A DNA stretch of 64,000 nt, from contig JAJDDV010000125.1 in the NCBI GenBank assembly GCA_029260135.1, forward strand, positions 11,185 through 75,184, written 5' to 3'. The DNA is from Phycisphaerae bacterium. GTDB taxonomy: Bacteria; Planctomycetota; Phycisphaerae; UBA1845. Each line of letters opens with the position of its first letter. Positions within the stretch are counted from its first letter, which is position 1. The position numbers and the translations under genes are program-made. Shown here piece by piece: positions 53,554 through 62,291 of this stretch. A model generated the notes under the pieces. It made no database searches, was not told the origin of the DNA, and saw nothing but the letters and a program-made list of their open reading frames with translations.

Positions 53554-54041
53554 GCGGTGATTCTAAGGAGAGGTCCTCTCTCCACAAGCACCTAGACTCG
53601 CTACCAAGACGAAAGCCAAGATCCGCAGGTCATTTCGAACCGTGCTCCGGGTCCACAATAGGTCCTTTTCGGCGACGGCAGGCGGGCAAGGGCCAGCACA
53701 TCTCGAGGCGGTCCGTTCCGAACGTGCGCCGGACGTTCCGCTTGCAGATTCTGCTTAAGTACTTTAAGGAAACATACGGCCTCGTACCGAAACAAGACGC
53801 ATAGGACGATTTCTCGCGGCCGACAGGCGACAAAGGTCGTGTCCTGCGCAGCGGTCGGGAGTCCGCTGCGTGGTGGAAACCCCTTTACCCCGGCGCCACG
53901 TGATGGCCGACGCGACTCTGCTGGATGACACGAGAGATCGAGACGCCAAGGACCTGACGATCGTCGGGCTGTCTGTAGCCCCGGCGAAGAGTGGTTGGAA
54001 CCACCCACAATGACGAGATACACGCAATCGGAGATTTCAGA

Positions 54042-56453
54042 ATGGAAGCAAACCAGTCGACCGGAAACGCACTGTTGGCGGCGGCATTGCTCTGCAGCTT
54101 TGTCGTTCTTCTCGGTGGATGCCCCACCACGCCACCCACGTCTGGAGGATGTACAGCGGACACCGATTGTGACGACAGCAACGCCTGTACAGCGGACACG
54201 TGCGATACAGCGGCGGGCACCTGCGCGCATACCGCAACTGACACGCCCGTGACCGTCACCGCCGGTGTCGACGGCGATGCAACTCCAAATGCCACGCTAA
54301 CGGCATCAGCGGAAGTGACGATTTGCGATGGTTCGACGGTACAGAGCTACGCATGGACACAGGCCAACAGTGTGGCCGTCGCCATCGCCGGAGCGGACAC
54401 GGCATCCGCCACCCTGACACTTCCCGACGTCGCGGCCTATAAGGGCGAGTTGGTCACGGTACTGGCGGAGTCGCCAATCACTGCCGATCAGTTGCCGGAG
54501 AACGTACCGCTTCCGGAGGGCGAGTTCCCGGGCGGATTGCAGAACCGCTTCCAGGTCGTGGGAATCAACCCCTTCTCGCTGGAGGAAGCCGGACTGGTCA
54601 CGCTGTCGGTCGAAGTCGCCACGACATCAGGAACCTACTCGGACGAGGTCGAGGTTCACGCGTCACTCCCGTGGGCCGTCGCGGCAGGGATTCGAAATGT
54701 CCCGCTCGGCGTTCCCGTTCTCCTGCACGGAAAGACGCAAGATACGTACGACTGGTCGCTGACGGGACCGGCCGGCGCGACAGCCTCCCTCACGGATGCG
54801 GCGACACAGAGCCCCTATTTCACGCCCGATGTCTCCGGCGCCTACTCGATCACCGTCACCGACTTCACGGCCGACCCACCGGCCGACGTCACGATCGACC
54901 TGTTCGCCGGTACGTGGACAGGTGTGGTGACGGGGCAGGATGTCGACGGCCGCCCTCAGGCAGACAACTGCACCGGCTGCCACAACGGCTCGATCGCGGC
55001 CGACACGTTCACCCCGTGGGCGCAGACCGGACACGCCGAGATCTTTACGACCAACCTCGACACATCGACCCACTACAGCACCGCTTGCCTGAGCTGCCAC
55101 TCCGTCGGTTACGATCCGAGTGCCGACAACGGCGGATTTGACGACGCCGACGATTTCGCGGCCTTCCTCGACGAATTCACGGCGGACGGTTCACACTTCG
55201 ATCCGGATGAAAACAACTGGGCCAACATGCTCGCCAACGAGCCTGTCTCGGCCCAGCTCGCCAACATCCAGTGCGAGAACTGCCATGGACCTCAAGGCGG
55301 GGGCGCGCACATGAGCGGCGACAGTCGGATCGATTTGAGTTCCGCCGTCTGCGCCACTTGCCATGGTGAACCGCTTCGTCACGCACGGTTCCAGCAATGG
55401 CAGCTCAGCGCACATGCCAACTATGAACTGGCGATCGACGAGGCAGACAGCGGAAGCTGTTCGCGTTGTCACACCGCCAACGGATTCCTGGCGTGGCTTC
55501 CGATTCTCCTGGACGACGACCCGGAGACTGATCCAACCGCTGATGTCGAAGTCACCTGGACGGCTGATGCAGCACATCCGCAGACCTGTGTGACCTGCCA
55601 CGACCCCCACGCCATCGGCAGCACTACCGGCATCGACACGAACGCCACGGTGCGCATCAGCGGCGACACGCCCGAGCTCATCGCCGGCTTTACAGCCACA
55701 GGCGTCGGACGTGGTGCCATCTGTATGACATGCCACAACTCACGCCGTGGACTTCGCAATGACGACACGTTTTCCGACACACTCGCATCGGGCGACGCAT
55801 CTCGGGCGCCGCACGGATCATCGCAGACCGACGTCCTGATGGGAGAGAACGCCTACTTCGTCACCGTCGGCACGCCCGGTGCTCACGCCGCCGTCGAGGA
55901 CGCGTGCGTCAACTGCCACATGGAGCAGACGCCGCCTCCCGATTTGCTCGCGTACAACCTCGGCGGAACCAACCACACATTCTTCGCGCGTGCGGACATT
56001 TGTGCGACTTGCCACGGAGACTCGATCACGGCCGACATGACCCAAGGCTCTTTCGGCACGAAGTCGGAGGAACTCAAAGGCCTCATCGAAGGCGCCCTGC
56101 TCAATCTGATCGCAGAGCAGATCGACAGCGGGAGCACGGTCGATCTCAACGGCGAAGCCGTCATCGCCAGTACCGATGAGATCGCCTTTCTCGACTTTGG
56201 CGAATACCACGGCCGCCAGGCGGTGACCGTTAACTTCGCCGACGGAACGGTCGTCGGGCCAGTCGCGGTCAACAGCGTCAATGTTCTAGACGGCGACGGC
56301 GCCGAGCTCGGCGAACTGTACGACTTCGCATCCGACGAGATGATCAAGGCCGGATGGAACTACAACCTCGGGCAGAACGACCGGAGCATGGGTGTTCACA
56401 ATCCGTCGTTCGTAACGGCGTTCCTGGACGCAGCCATCGCCGCCTTACAGTAA
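54042..56453 (+). CDS. Nonaheme c-type cytochrome lipoprotein with Cys-rich repeat and PKD/Ig-like domains
   Basis: Lipobox LGGC; nine CxxCH motifs counted; C-terminal WNY..D.SMGVHN; GGAG RBS. Confidence 0.88.
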   Translation: MEANQSTGNALLAAALLCSFVVLLGGCPTTPPTSGGCTADTDCDDSNACTADTCDTAAGTCAHTATDTPVTVTAGVDGDATPNATLTASAEVTICDGSTVQSYAWTQANSVAVAIAGADTASATLTLPDVAAYKGELVTVLAESPITADQLPENVPLPEGEFPGGLQNRFQVVGINPFSLEEAGLVTLSVEVATTSGTYSDEVEVHASLPWAVAAGIRNVPLGVPVLLHGKTQDTYDWSLTGPAGATASLTDAATQSPYFTPDVSGAYSITVTDFTADPPADVTIDLFAGTWTGVVTGQDVDGRPQADNCTGCHNGSIAADTFTPWAQTGHAEIFTTNLDTSTHYSTACLSCHSVGYDPSADNGGFDDADDFAAFLDEFTADGSHFDPDENNWANMLANEPVSAQLANIQCENCHGPQGGGAHMSGDSRIDLSSAVCATCHGEPLRHARFQQWQLSAHANYELAIDEADSGSCSRCHTANGFLAWLPILLDDDPETDPTADVEVTWTADAAHPQTCVTCHDPHAIGSTTGIDTNATVRISGDTPELIAGFTATGVGRGAICMTCHNSRRGLRNDDTFSDTLASGDASRAPHGSSQTDVLMGENAYFVTVGTPGAHAAVEDACVNCHMEQTPPPDLLAYNLGGTNHTFFARADICATCHGDSITADMTQGSFGTKSEELKGLIEGALLNLIAEQIDSGSTVDLNGEAVIASTDEIAFLDFGEYHGRQAVTVNFADGTVVGPVAVNSVNVLDGDGAELGELYDFASDEMIKAGWNYNLGQNDRSMGVHNPSFVTAFLDAAIAALQ

Positions 56454-56496
56454 GTCTACTGCCTCTTGGCGGCGGGACTTCGTCGCAAGCATACAG

Positions 56497-56530
56497 ACGG
56501 GCAGGTGCGAACCGTAACGTACCTGCCCGT
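56497..56530 (+). terminator. Hairpin between convergent cytochrome genes, probable terminator
   Basis: acgggcaggtgcg-aaccgtaa-cgtacctgcccgt followed by ttcctatt. Confidence 0.6.
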
Positions 56531-56579
56531 TTCCTATTGGCACATGTCTTACAGAGCGATCATCGCGGGCCTACAACGC

Positions 56580-58760
56580 TCACTCCGTAGTCGCGTCGTC
56601 CTTCACCGAGCCGACCGAAACCTCCGGCGTCGCTGAGCCCAATACATGACCCTTCGGTGCTTCCTTCTCGGCGGCGAGAGGCACCATGCCCGGCTGTTCC
56701 GCCGCCTCCTCCTCTTCCTCATACAGCTTGCGGTGAACGTACGCCTTGAGTTTAGGCCCCGCGGGGTGTTCGTGCGTGTACATATCCCGCGGCATCTTCC
56801 CGGAGAGCCATGCCGGGTTCATCGGGTACACTTCCGGGCTGATCACGGTGGAATACCCGTGCCAGATCAGGATCGCGAGTGTGGCCAGCCACGCCTCGAA
56901 GTAGTGAATGACGAGCATCACGTCCAGGAACCCTTTCGGGATCGCCCAACGCTCTACGAACCAGTCGTCAAACGCCAGCAGAACGCCGGTGAACGTCATG
57001 ATGACACTTCCCCACACCAGTGCCCAATACTCGATCTTCTCCATGTAACTGAAGCGTCGAAAGGCAGGCTTGTGTTTCTGCACGCCCAGAACATAGAGCA
57101 CCTGCTGCTTGATGTGTGCACAGTCGGACAGGCTGGGGACGATGTCCCGGAACAATCGCCGACCACGCTTCGTGCAGAGGTAACCCATGTGCCACACGCT
57201 GCACACAACGAAAACAATCGCCGCAACGCGGTGGACCAGACCGCGAATGAGAAACCCCTCGCCCCCGCCCCAACCGAAGAGAAGCTGCACCCACCACGCC
57301 TCGGAGAACCGTAGCGAAAAGCCGGAGATGACCAACACGACGAACGAGATGGCCAGGATCCAGTGCTGAAGCGTCTCGTTCACGGAGAGCCTCAGCACAA
57401 ACGGCTTGGTCCCCATGTTCCTGACCTGGCGAAGCCAGTCGGCCAGGCAGTACAGGAGCATCGCACTGATCGTCACACCGATCAGCCAATAATACAGAAC
57501 CGTAAAGAAATGCGGCCAACCGGTCGTCACTTCCGAAACAGCCTCGTGAATGCAGGTCTGCGCCAACTCCGAAGAGATGCCCGGGTGACATTCCCCGCAC
57601 GTCGCCCGGAGGTTTTCGGCATGGATCGAAGAGGTCGGATCCGTGGCTGGAAGGATTCGGTGGGACCCGTGGCACGAAGCGCACGTCGCCACGGTCACGC
57701 CACCCGCTTTGCTCTTGAGCCCGTGGTAACTATCGATATACGACACGTGCCTCCCGGTCGTGCGGCCGAACTTCTCATTGAGAACCGGCGACTCGTGGCA
57801 CGGCGCACAGGTTTCCTCAGCCACACGGGCGGCGCTGACGGGCGAGAGCGGGTTGTCCGACGAGATGATTCCGTGCTCACCGTGGCAGTGCGTACACACC
57901 GGAGATTCGAGTGAACCTCGCTTGACCATCTGGCCGTGAATGCCGTCCCAGAAGTCTTTGGTGACGTTGGCGTGACACTGCCCACACGTGTCGGGAATGT
58001 TGAAATGATAGATCGTCGAGTCCGGATCGGCTGGGCTGAGGATCCGGTGCGCCGTCCGCTTCCCATCGGCCGCCTCGGCGTTGTGACAATCGTTGCACGT
58101 GGCCGATACATAGAGCCCCTTGCGGGTCGACGTTCCGTGGACACTCGTTTCGTACAACCGTATGGGCTTGTCGCGAAGAATGTCGTGCTTCTTGACCAGA
58201 TCCACATCGGTGTGACAGGCGCGGCAGGTCCCTGGGAGGTTGATCTGATGGACGTGCGACTGACGATCGGTCGACGGGAGAATCTCGTGCGTACCGTGGC
58301 AACTCCAACATTTCGGCAGATCGGGGTCCTTACCGACCTCGAGTCGACCGTGCTTCTGATACACCTCGGATTCATCCTCGTGACAGTCGGCACAGTCAAC
58401 GACGTCGATCGCCGTACCGTGCGGCTTCGGGGAGTCGACGATCAGGTCGTCCATGGATATCGAAGCGTGACAGTCCGTGCAGTCGAGGCTCGCGTGACTG
58501 GAACCGGCCAGAAGCGGGTACGGCGATCCCGGGATGCGAGCATCGGCGGCGCCATTATGACAATCCGAACAACCCTTGGGAGGATCAGACGCGCTCAAAG
58601 GCTCGCCGGGAACAGGCGCAGCCGTCGCGGCTGAAGATTCCGCCGGCGCCGGTTCACGCCCGTCTTGAGCCGCCGCACCGCTCAAGAGCAGCGAAGAAAC
58701 GAAAAACGCTGAGGGGAACACCATCTGCAACGGACGACAGAGGCACACTCGTGCAATCAT
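56580..58760 (-). CDS. CbcL-like fusion: 11-heme c-type periplasmic domain plus FdnI/HydC-type cytochrome b
   Basis: Signal peptide; 11 CxxCH; TM His ligand candidates (LQHW, LVHR, VWHM, VIHYFEA, IWHG); EKIEYWALVWG; start at MIARVC. Confidence 0.87.
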   Translation of the reverse strand: MIARVCLCRPLQMVFPSAFFVSSLLLSGAAAQDGREPAPAESSAATAAPVPGEPLSASDPPKGCSDCHNGAADARIPGSPYPLLAGSSHASLDCTDCHASISMDDLIVDSPKPHGTAIDVVDCADCHEDESEVYQKHGRLEVGKDPDLPKCWSCHGTHEILPSTDRQSHVHQINLPGTCRACHTDVDLVKKHDILRDKPIRLYETSVHGTSTRKGLYVSATCNDCHNAEAADGKRTAHRILSPADPDSTIYHFNIPDTCGQCHANVTKDFWDGIHGQMVKRGSLESPVCTHCHGEHGIISSDNPLSPVSAARVAEETCAPCHESPVLNEKFGRTTGRHVSYIDSYHGLKSKAGGVTVATCASCHGSHRILPATDPTSSIHAENLRATCGECHPGISSELAQTCIHEAVSEVTTGWPHFFTVLYYWLIGVTISAMLLYCLADWLRQVRNMGTKPFVLRLSVNETLQHWILAISFVVLVISGFSLRFSEAWWVQLLFGWGGGEGFLIRGLVHRVAAIVFVVCSVWHMGYLCTKRGRRLFRDIVPSLSDCAHIKQQVLYVLGVQKHKPAFRRFSYMEKIEYWALVWGSVIMTFTGVLLAFDDWFVERWAIPKGFLDVMLVIHYFEAWLATLAILIWHGYSTVISPEVYPMNPAWLSGKMPRDMYTHEHPAGPKLKAYVHRKLYEEEEEAAEQPGMVPLAAEKEAPKGHVLGSATPEVSVGSVKDDATTE

Positions 58761-59071
58761 GGGAGAGTCCTTTTGATGTCTGCCTGGTCGAGCTGGTCGA
58801 GCTGCAGCTCGCCCGTCTACGGCTGGACATGGGCTTTGGGAAACAGTGCGCTGAAGACGGAACAGGTAGAGCACGCACGTGCAGCCTCCCGAAGGAACAC
58901 CGGCATGCTACGTCGAGCACGGCATGCCGGAACCAGCCAGCCACCGCTCTCCACTCTCCGCACGGAAGACAAACTCAGCAATTCAGATACCAAGACTGAG
59001 GGTCACGGCATGGCATTTTGTGCGCACGTTGCACCGTAATCGAGGGGCGGCATCTTCGGCGCGAACACTTC

Positions 59072-61930
59072 CTACCGATAGGAAAAGAGCATCGCGTACA
59101 CAATCAGACCAACCAGCGTAAACCCGACGGTTAACGCGACATACCCCAGGCACTTGATCACTCGGACGAACGTTGGAGACGGTGGATCGACAAGGTTCCT
59201 CTCCAATTCACCCCGAGCGACCAGATCTTCGTACAGCTTCGGCTTGTCGTGCTTCAGTTCCGCCAGCGACATACGTCCGGTAAACACGACCGTATCCATC
59301 GGGAACTTCTCCGGACGGAAGTGGGTGTTGAAGAAGTGAATCGTAAAGATGAACCCGGTGGCCAGCAGCGCCTCGTCGCTGTGGACGATCGTGGCGACGT
59401 TGATCCACCAGCCCGCCACAAAGCGCGTGAAGAACTCGGGAAACCATAGGCAAAGCCCCGTGCTCCCGATGATCGTTACGCCCCAGAACACGGCGAAGTA
59501 GTCGAACTTCTCCCAGTAGGTCCACCGTCCGTACCGTGGCCTGGGTCCACGGCCCACGAACCACTTCACGGTCGCGACGAAGTCCTTGGCATCGGACCAG
59601 CGCGGCAAGATCGAGTCAGGACCGAAGAAGAACTCGAAAAGAGTCTTCTCGGTTCTGCGAATCTGGCGGACCACATCCCACAAGTGTAGCGCCATATAAC
59701 CGAACGTAACAATCGCACAGACGCGGTGGATCCAGCCCGCACCGTCCATGCCGCCGAACAGCACGAAAAGAACCTGCGCCCAATCCGTGTAGGCGAACTT
59801 GAGCATCATCCCGGTGATCGCGAGCCCGAAGAAGCTGATGATCACCGTCACGTGGAGCTTCCGATAGAAACGCGAAAACCGCGAAAACTGCTTGTCCGTC
59901 GGGAGCGTCCCGTTCAGCGTGGAATCGTGCTCCTTGCGGAGCTTCCACGAACGCGGTAGCCACGCCAGCGTGTGCAAACCGAAGAACGCAAACGTGCCCA
60001 CGAGCAAGCCCGTCATCCCATAGAAGGCCCACCACAACTCCGGGTACTTGTCCTGATCGTGGTGCGTCGCATGCGTTAGATACCCCGCAAAGCGTCGATG
60101 GGATCCGGGGTGACACTTCCGACACGTCTCGACGATGTTATTGCGGCTCAACGTCGACAGGGGATCCGACGTGAACCGTATGTCGTGCGCGCTATGGCAG
60201 TCATAACACTTCGCGCGCGTGGTGTCGCCCAGCGACGACGCCTTGCCGTGATACGTGTCGAAATAGCGATCCGTAACCTCCTCGTGGCAGTGACCGCATT
60301 GCTGCATAATCCCCAGTTTGAATTCCTGCACGTCCGTGCGCGCGACCGTGTGCGCAGAGTGGCAGTCGTTGCAGTGTGGCAGCTCCGGCATCCCGCGAAC
60401 GCGCCGCGCCTCGTAGTCCGGGTTGCCCGATTCCGAGTGTACGCTCGTTTGATACTGCTCGTAGATCCCGTCATGACACTGACCACAAGTGGCCGCGATG
60501 TGCCTCTTACTGATGGTCGAATCCGGATCACTGCGCGGGAGCTCTCTGTGGGCCGAGTGACAATCCGTACAGGTGGCCGTCACAGTCAATCCACTCTCGA
60601 GCAGACCTTTTCCGTGAATGCTCATCCTATAATGTTCGACGATCTTCTCCTCGTCACCAAAATACCGGATCGCGGCCTTCGCACCTTCCCGGTGACATTG
60701 CGCGCACAACGCAGGAACGTTTCGACTGAACGTGGGCGATTCTCGCACCAACACCGTCAGTAGCTCCGACGCGTCGTCCGCCACCTTGTGCTCGAGGATT
60801 CCGTGCGAACCGTGACAATCCGTGCAATAAGGCGCGTTGGTGTCACCGGCGCGGTGCAGCAATCCGTGGCGACCGCTGCCATAATCCGACGTCTCCGCCT
60901 CGTGGCACAGCGAGCAATCGACCTTCTCCGTGATCGACCGGCAGGAGCGTTCCCGATCCGACGGCGTCGCCCCTGCGTGGCACTGCGCGCACGCCACACC
61001 GTTTCGCCCGTGAATGGATCGCGCGTGCTCCTTCGCGCTGACGTACAATGATCGACCGTCTTCCGTCGTGAGCAGCGCCGTGTCGCCGTGACAGCGAAGG
61101 CAGTCCGCGTTGCTCATGTTCGTGTCGTAGAACACCTTGCGCGCTTCGTGCGGCGAATGACACTCGACGCAGATCGGGACGATACCCTCTTGTTCCCATA
61201 ACTCGCCGGCGATCACCTTCCGATGCACTTCCTCGATGTAGCCGTGACACTTCATGCAAGTCGCATCGATGTTGTTCTTGTGGATCGTCGATCGACTGTC
61301 CGTGTGCGGAAGAACGTTGTGCCCCGTATGACAACTCGTACAGACCGCCGTCACCACTAGACCCTGCTTGAACAAACCCTCGCCGTGAATGCTCTGGCGA
61401 TACCGCTGAAGGATCTGCGCTTGAGGGATGTCATGCGTGCGCTGGACCTCGGCCCCTTCCGCGTGACATTGCGCACACATCTGCGGAATATTGAACGGCG
61501 ATGTCGCCGAATCCGGCCGATTCAACTGAACCACATAGTGATGCCCGTGACAGTCCTGGCAAAGAGGAGCATCCCTCTCGCCGCGTTCTGCCAGTTGACC
61601 GTGCGTGCTCAGCCAATAGGCGGCAATCGGACCATCGTCATCTTCGTGACACTCGCCGCAGGCGACCCGATCCAATCCTGAGGCGTGCGGGTATTCGTCG
61701 ACCCCGTCCAGATCCACGTGGCAATCGATGCAGCCGAGATCCGCATGAACGCTCTGAGCGTACTGTTCGGCGTCAACATAAAGCGACACGCTACGTCCGT
61801 CCCGCTCGATCTTGAGCCCCACCGTGGCGTGACATTGCTGGCAGTCCTCGTTCTCCTGCGCGTTCACAGACTCGCTCGCGAGGAGCGACGAAAACACCAA
61901 TCCGCAACAGAACGCACGATATCTACGCAT
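59072..61930 (-). CDS. CbcL-like fusion: 19-heme c-type periplasmic domain plus FdnI/HydC-type cytochrome b
   Basis: Signal peptide (MRRYRAF..VNAQ); 19 CxxCH; KLHV, WIHR, ALHL, IVHSDEA, TIHFF; WEKFDYFAVFWG. Confidence 0.88.
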   Translation of the reverse strand: MRRYRAFCCGLVFSSLLASESVNAQENEDCQQCHATVGLKIERDGRSVSLYVDAEQYAQSVHADLGCIDCHVDLDGVDEYPHASGLDRVACGECHEDDDGPIAAYWLSTHGQLAERGERDAPLCQDCHGHHYVVQLNRPDSATSPFNIPQMCAQCHAEGAEVQRTHDIPQAQILQRYRQSIHGEGLFKQGLVVTAVCTSCHTGHNVLPHTDSRSTIHKNNIDATCMKCHGYIEEVHRKVIAGELWEQEGIVPICVECHSPHEARKVFYDTNMSNADCLRCHGDTALLTTEDGRSLYVSAKEHARSIHGRNGVACAQCHAGATPSDRERSCRSITEKVDCSLCHEAETSDYGSGRHGLLHRAGDTNAPYCTDCHGSHGILEHKVADDASELLTVLVRESPTFSRNVPALCAQCHREGAKAAIRYFGDEEKIVEHYRMSIHGKGLLESGLTVTATCTDCHSAHRELPRSDPDSTISKRHIAATCGQCHDGIYEQYQTSVHSESGNPDYEARRVRGMPELPHCNDCHSAHTVARTDVQEFKLGIMQQCGHCHEEVTDRYFDTYHGKASSLGDTTRAKCYDCHSAHDIRFTSDPLSTLSRNNIVETCRKCHPGSHRRFAGYLTHATHHDQDKYPELWWAFYGMTGLLVGTFAFFGLHTLAWLPRSWKLRKEHDSTLNGTLPTDKQFSRFSRFYRKLHVTVIISFFGLAITGMMLKFAYTDWAQVLFVLFGGMDGAGWIHRVCAIVTFGYMALHLWDVVRQIRRTEKTLFEFFFGPDSILPRWSDAKDFVATVKWFVGRGPRPRYGRWTYWEKFDYFAVFWGVTIIGSTGLCLWFPEFFTRFVAGWWINVATIVHSDEALLATGFIFTIHFFNTHFRPEKFPMDTVVFTGRMSLAELKHDKPKLYEDLVARGELERNLVDPPSPTFVRVIKCLGYVALTVGFTLVGLIVYAMLFSYR

Positions 61931-62291
61931 GGAGACCGACTCCGTAACCGTCGCTTGCCGCACCGGTTCTACTCCCCAGGCCGCACTCCGAGCCGCCATC
62001 TACCGGGCACATAGCAATTACGATACCGCGCGTTTAGTTTCTGAATGTTCTCAATAAAGAGAGTCGGTGTGGTTCGATCGGCCCAACCTCCCGTCGAAGA
62101 GAGCTACCGGCACAAACGAGAAAAGAGAAGCGTTCTGCGTTGCGTCTATAAGTCGTCTGTCGGTTGGGGGTCCATCCGCAGTGTACGTGACAAAAGCCCG
62201 CTCGAGGCGAACTGCAGTCGTCCGCCGACGCCCCTGAAGTATGGCGCGGGAAGCGACCTCCCCAGTGCCATCGGACCGGTCGCCGTCGCCC

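Noticed and set aside
53760..53900. Possible cyclic-dinucleotide riboswitch upstream of the cytochrome lipoprotein (GAAA..GACGCA text; hairpin cgcagcgg..ccgctgcg at 53847-53870)
   Set aside because: Could not build the P1/P2 GEMM architecture; only an isolated hairpin is supported
59011..59035. Sigma54-like TGGCA..GC element between the two CbcL-like genes
   Set aside because: On the opposite strand to the genes and lacks the TTGC -12 element
62060..62100. GGTTCGAT suggestive of a tRNA T-loop
   Set aside because: No cloverleaf stems or acceptor arm can be formed
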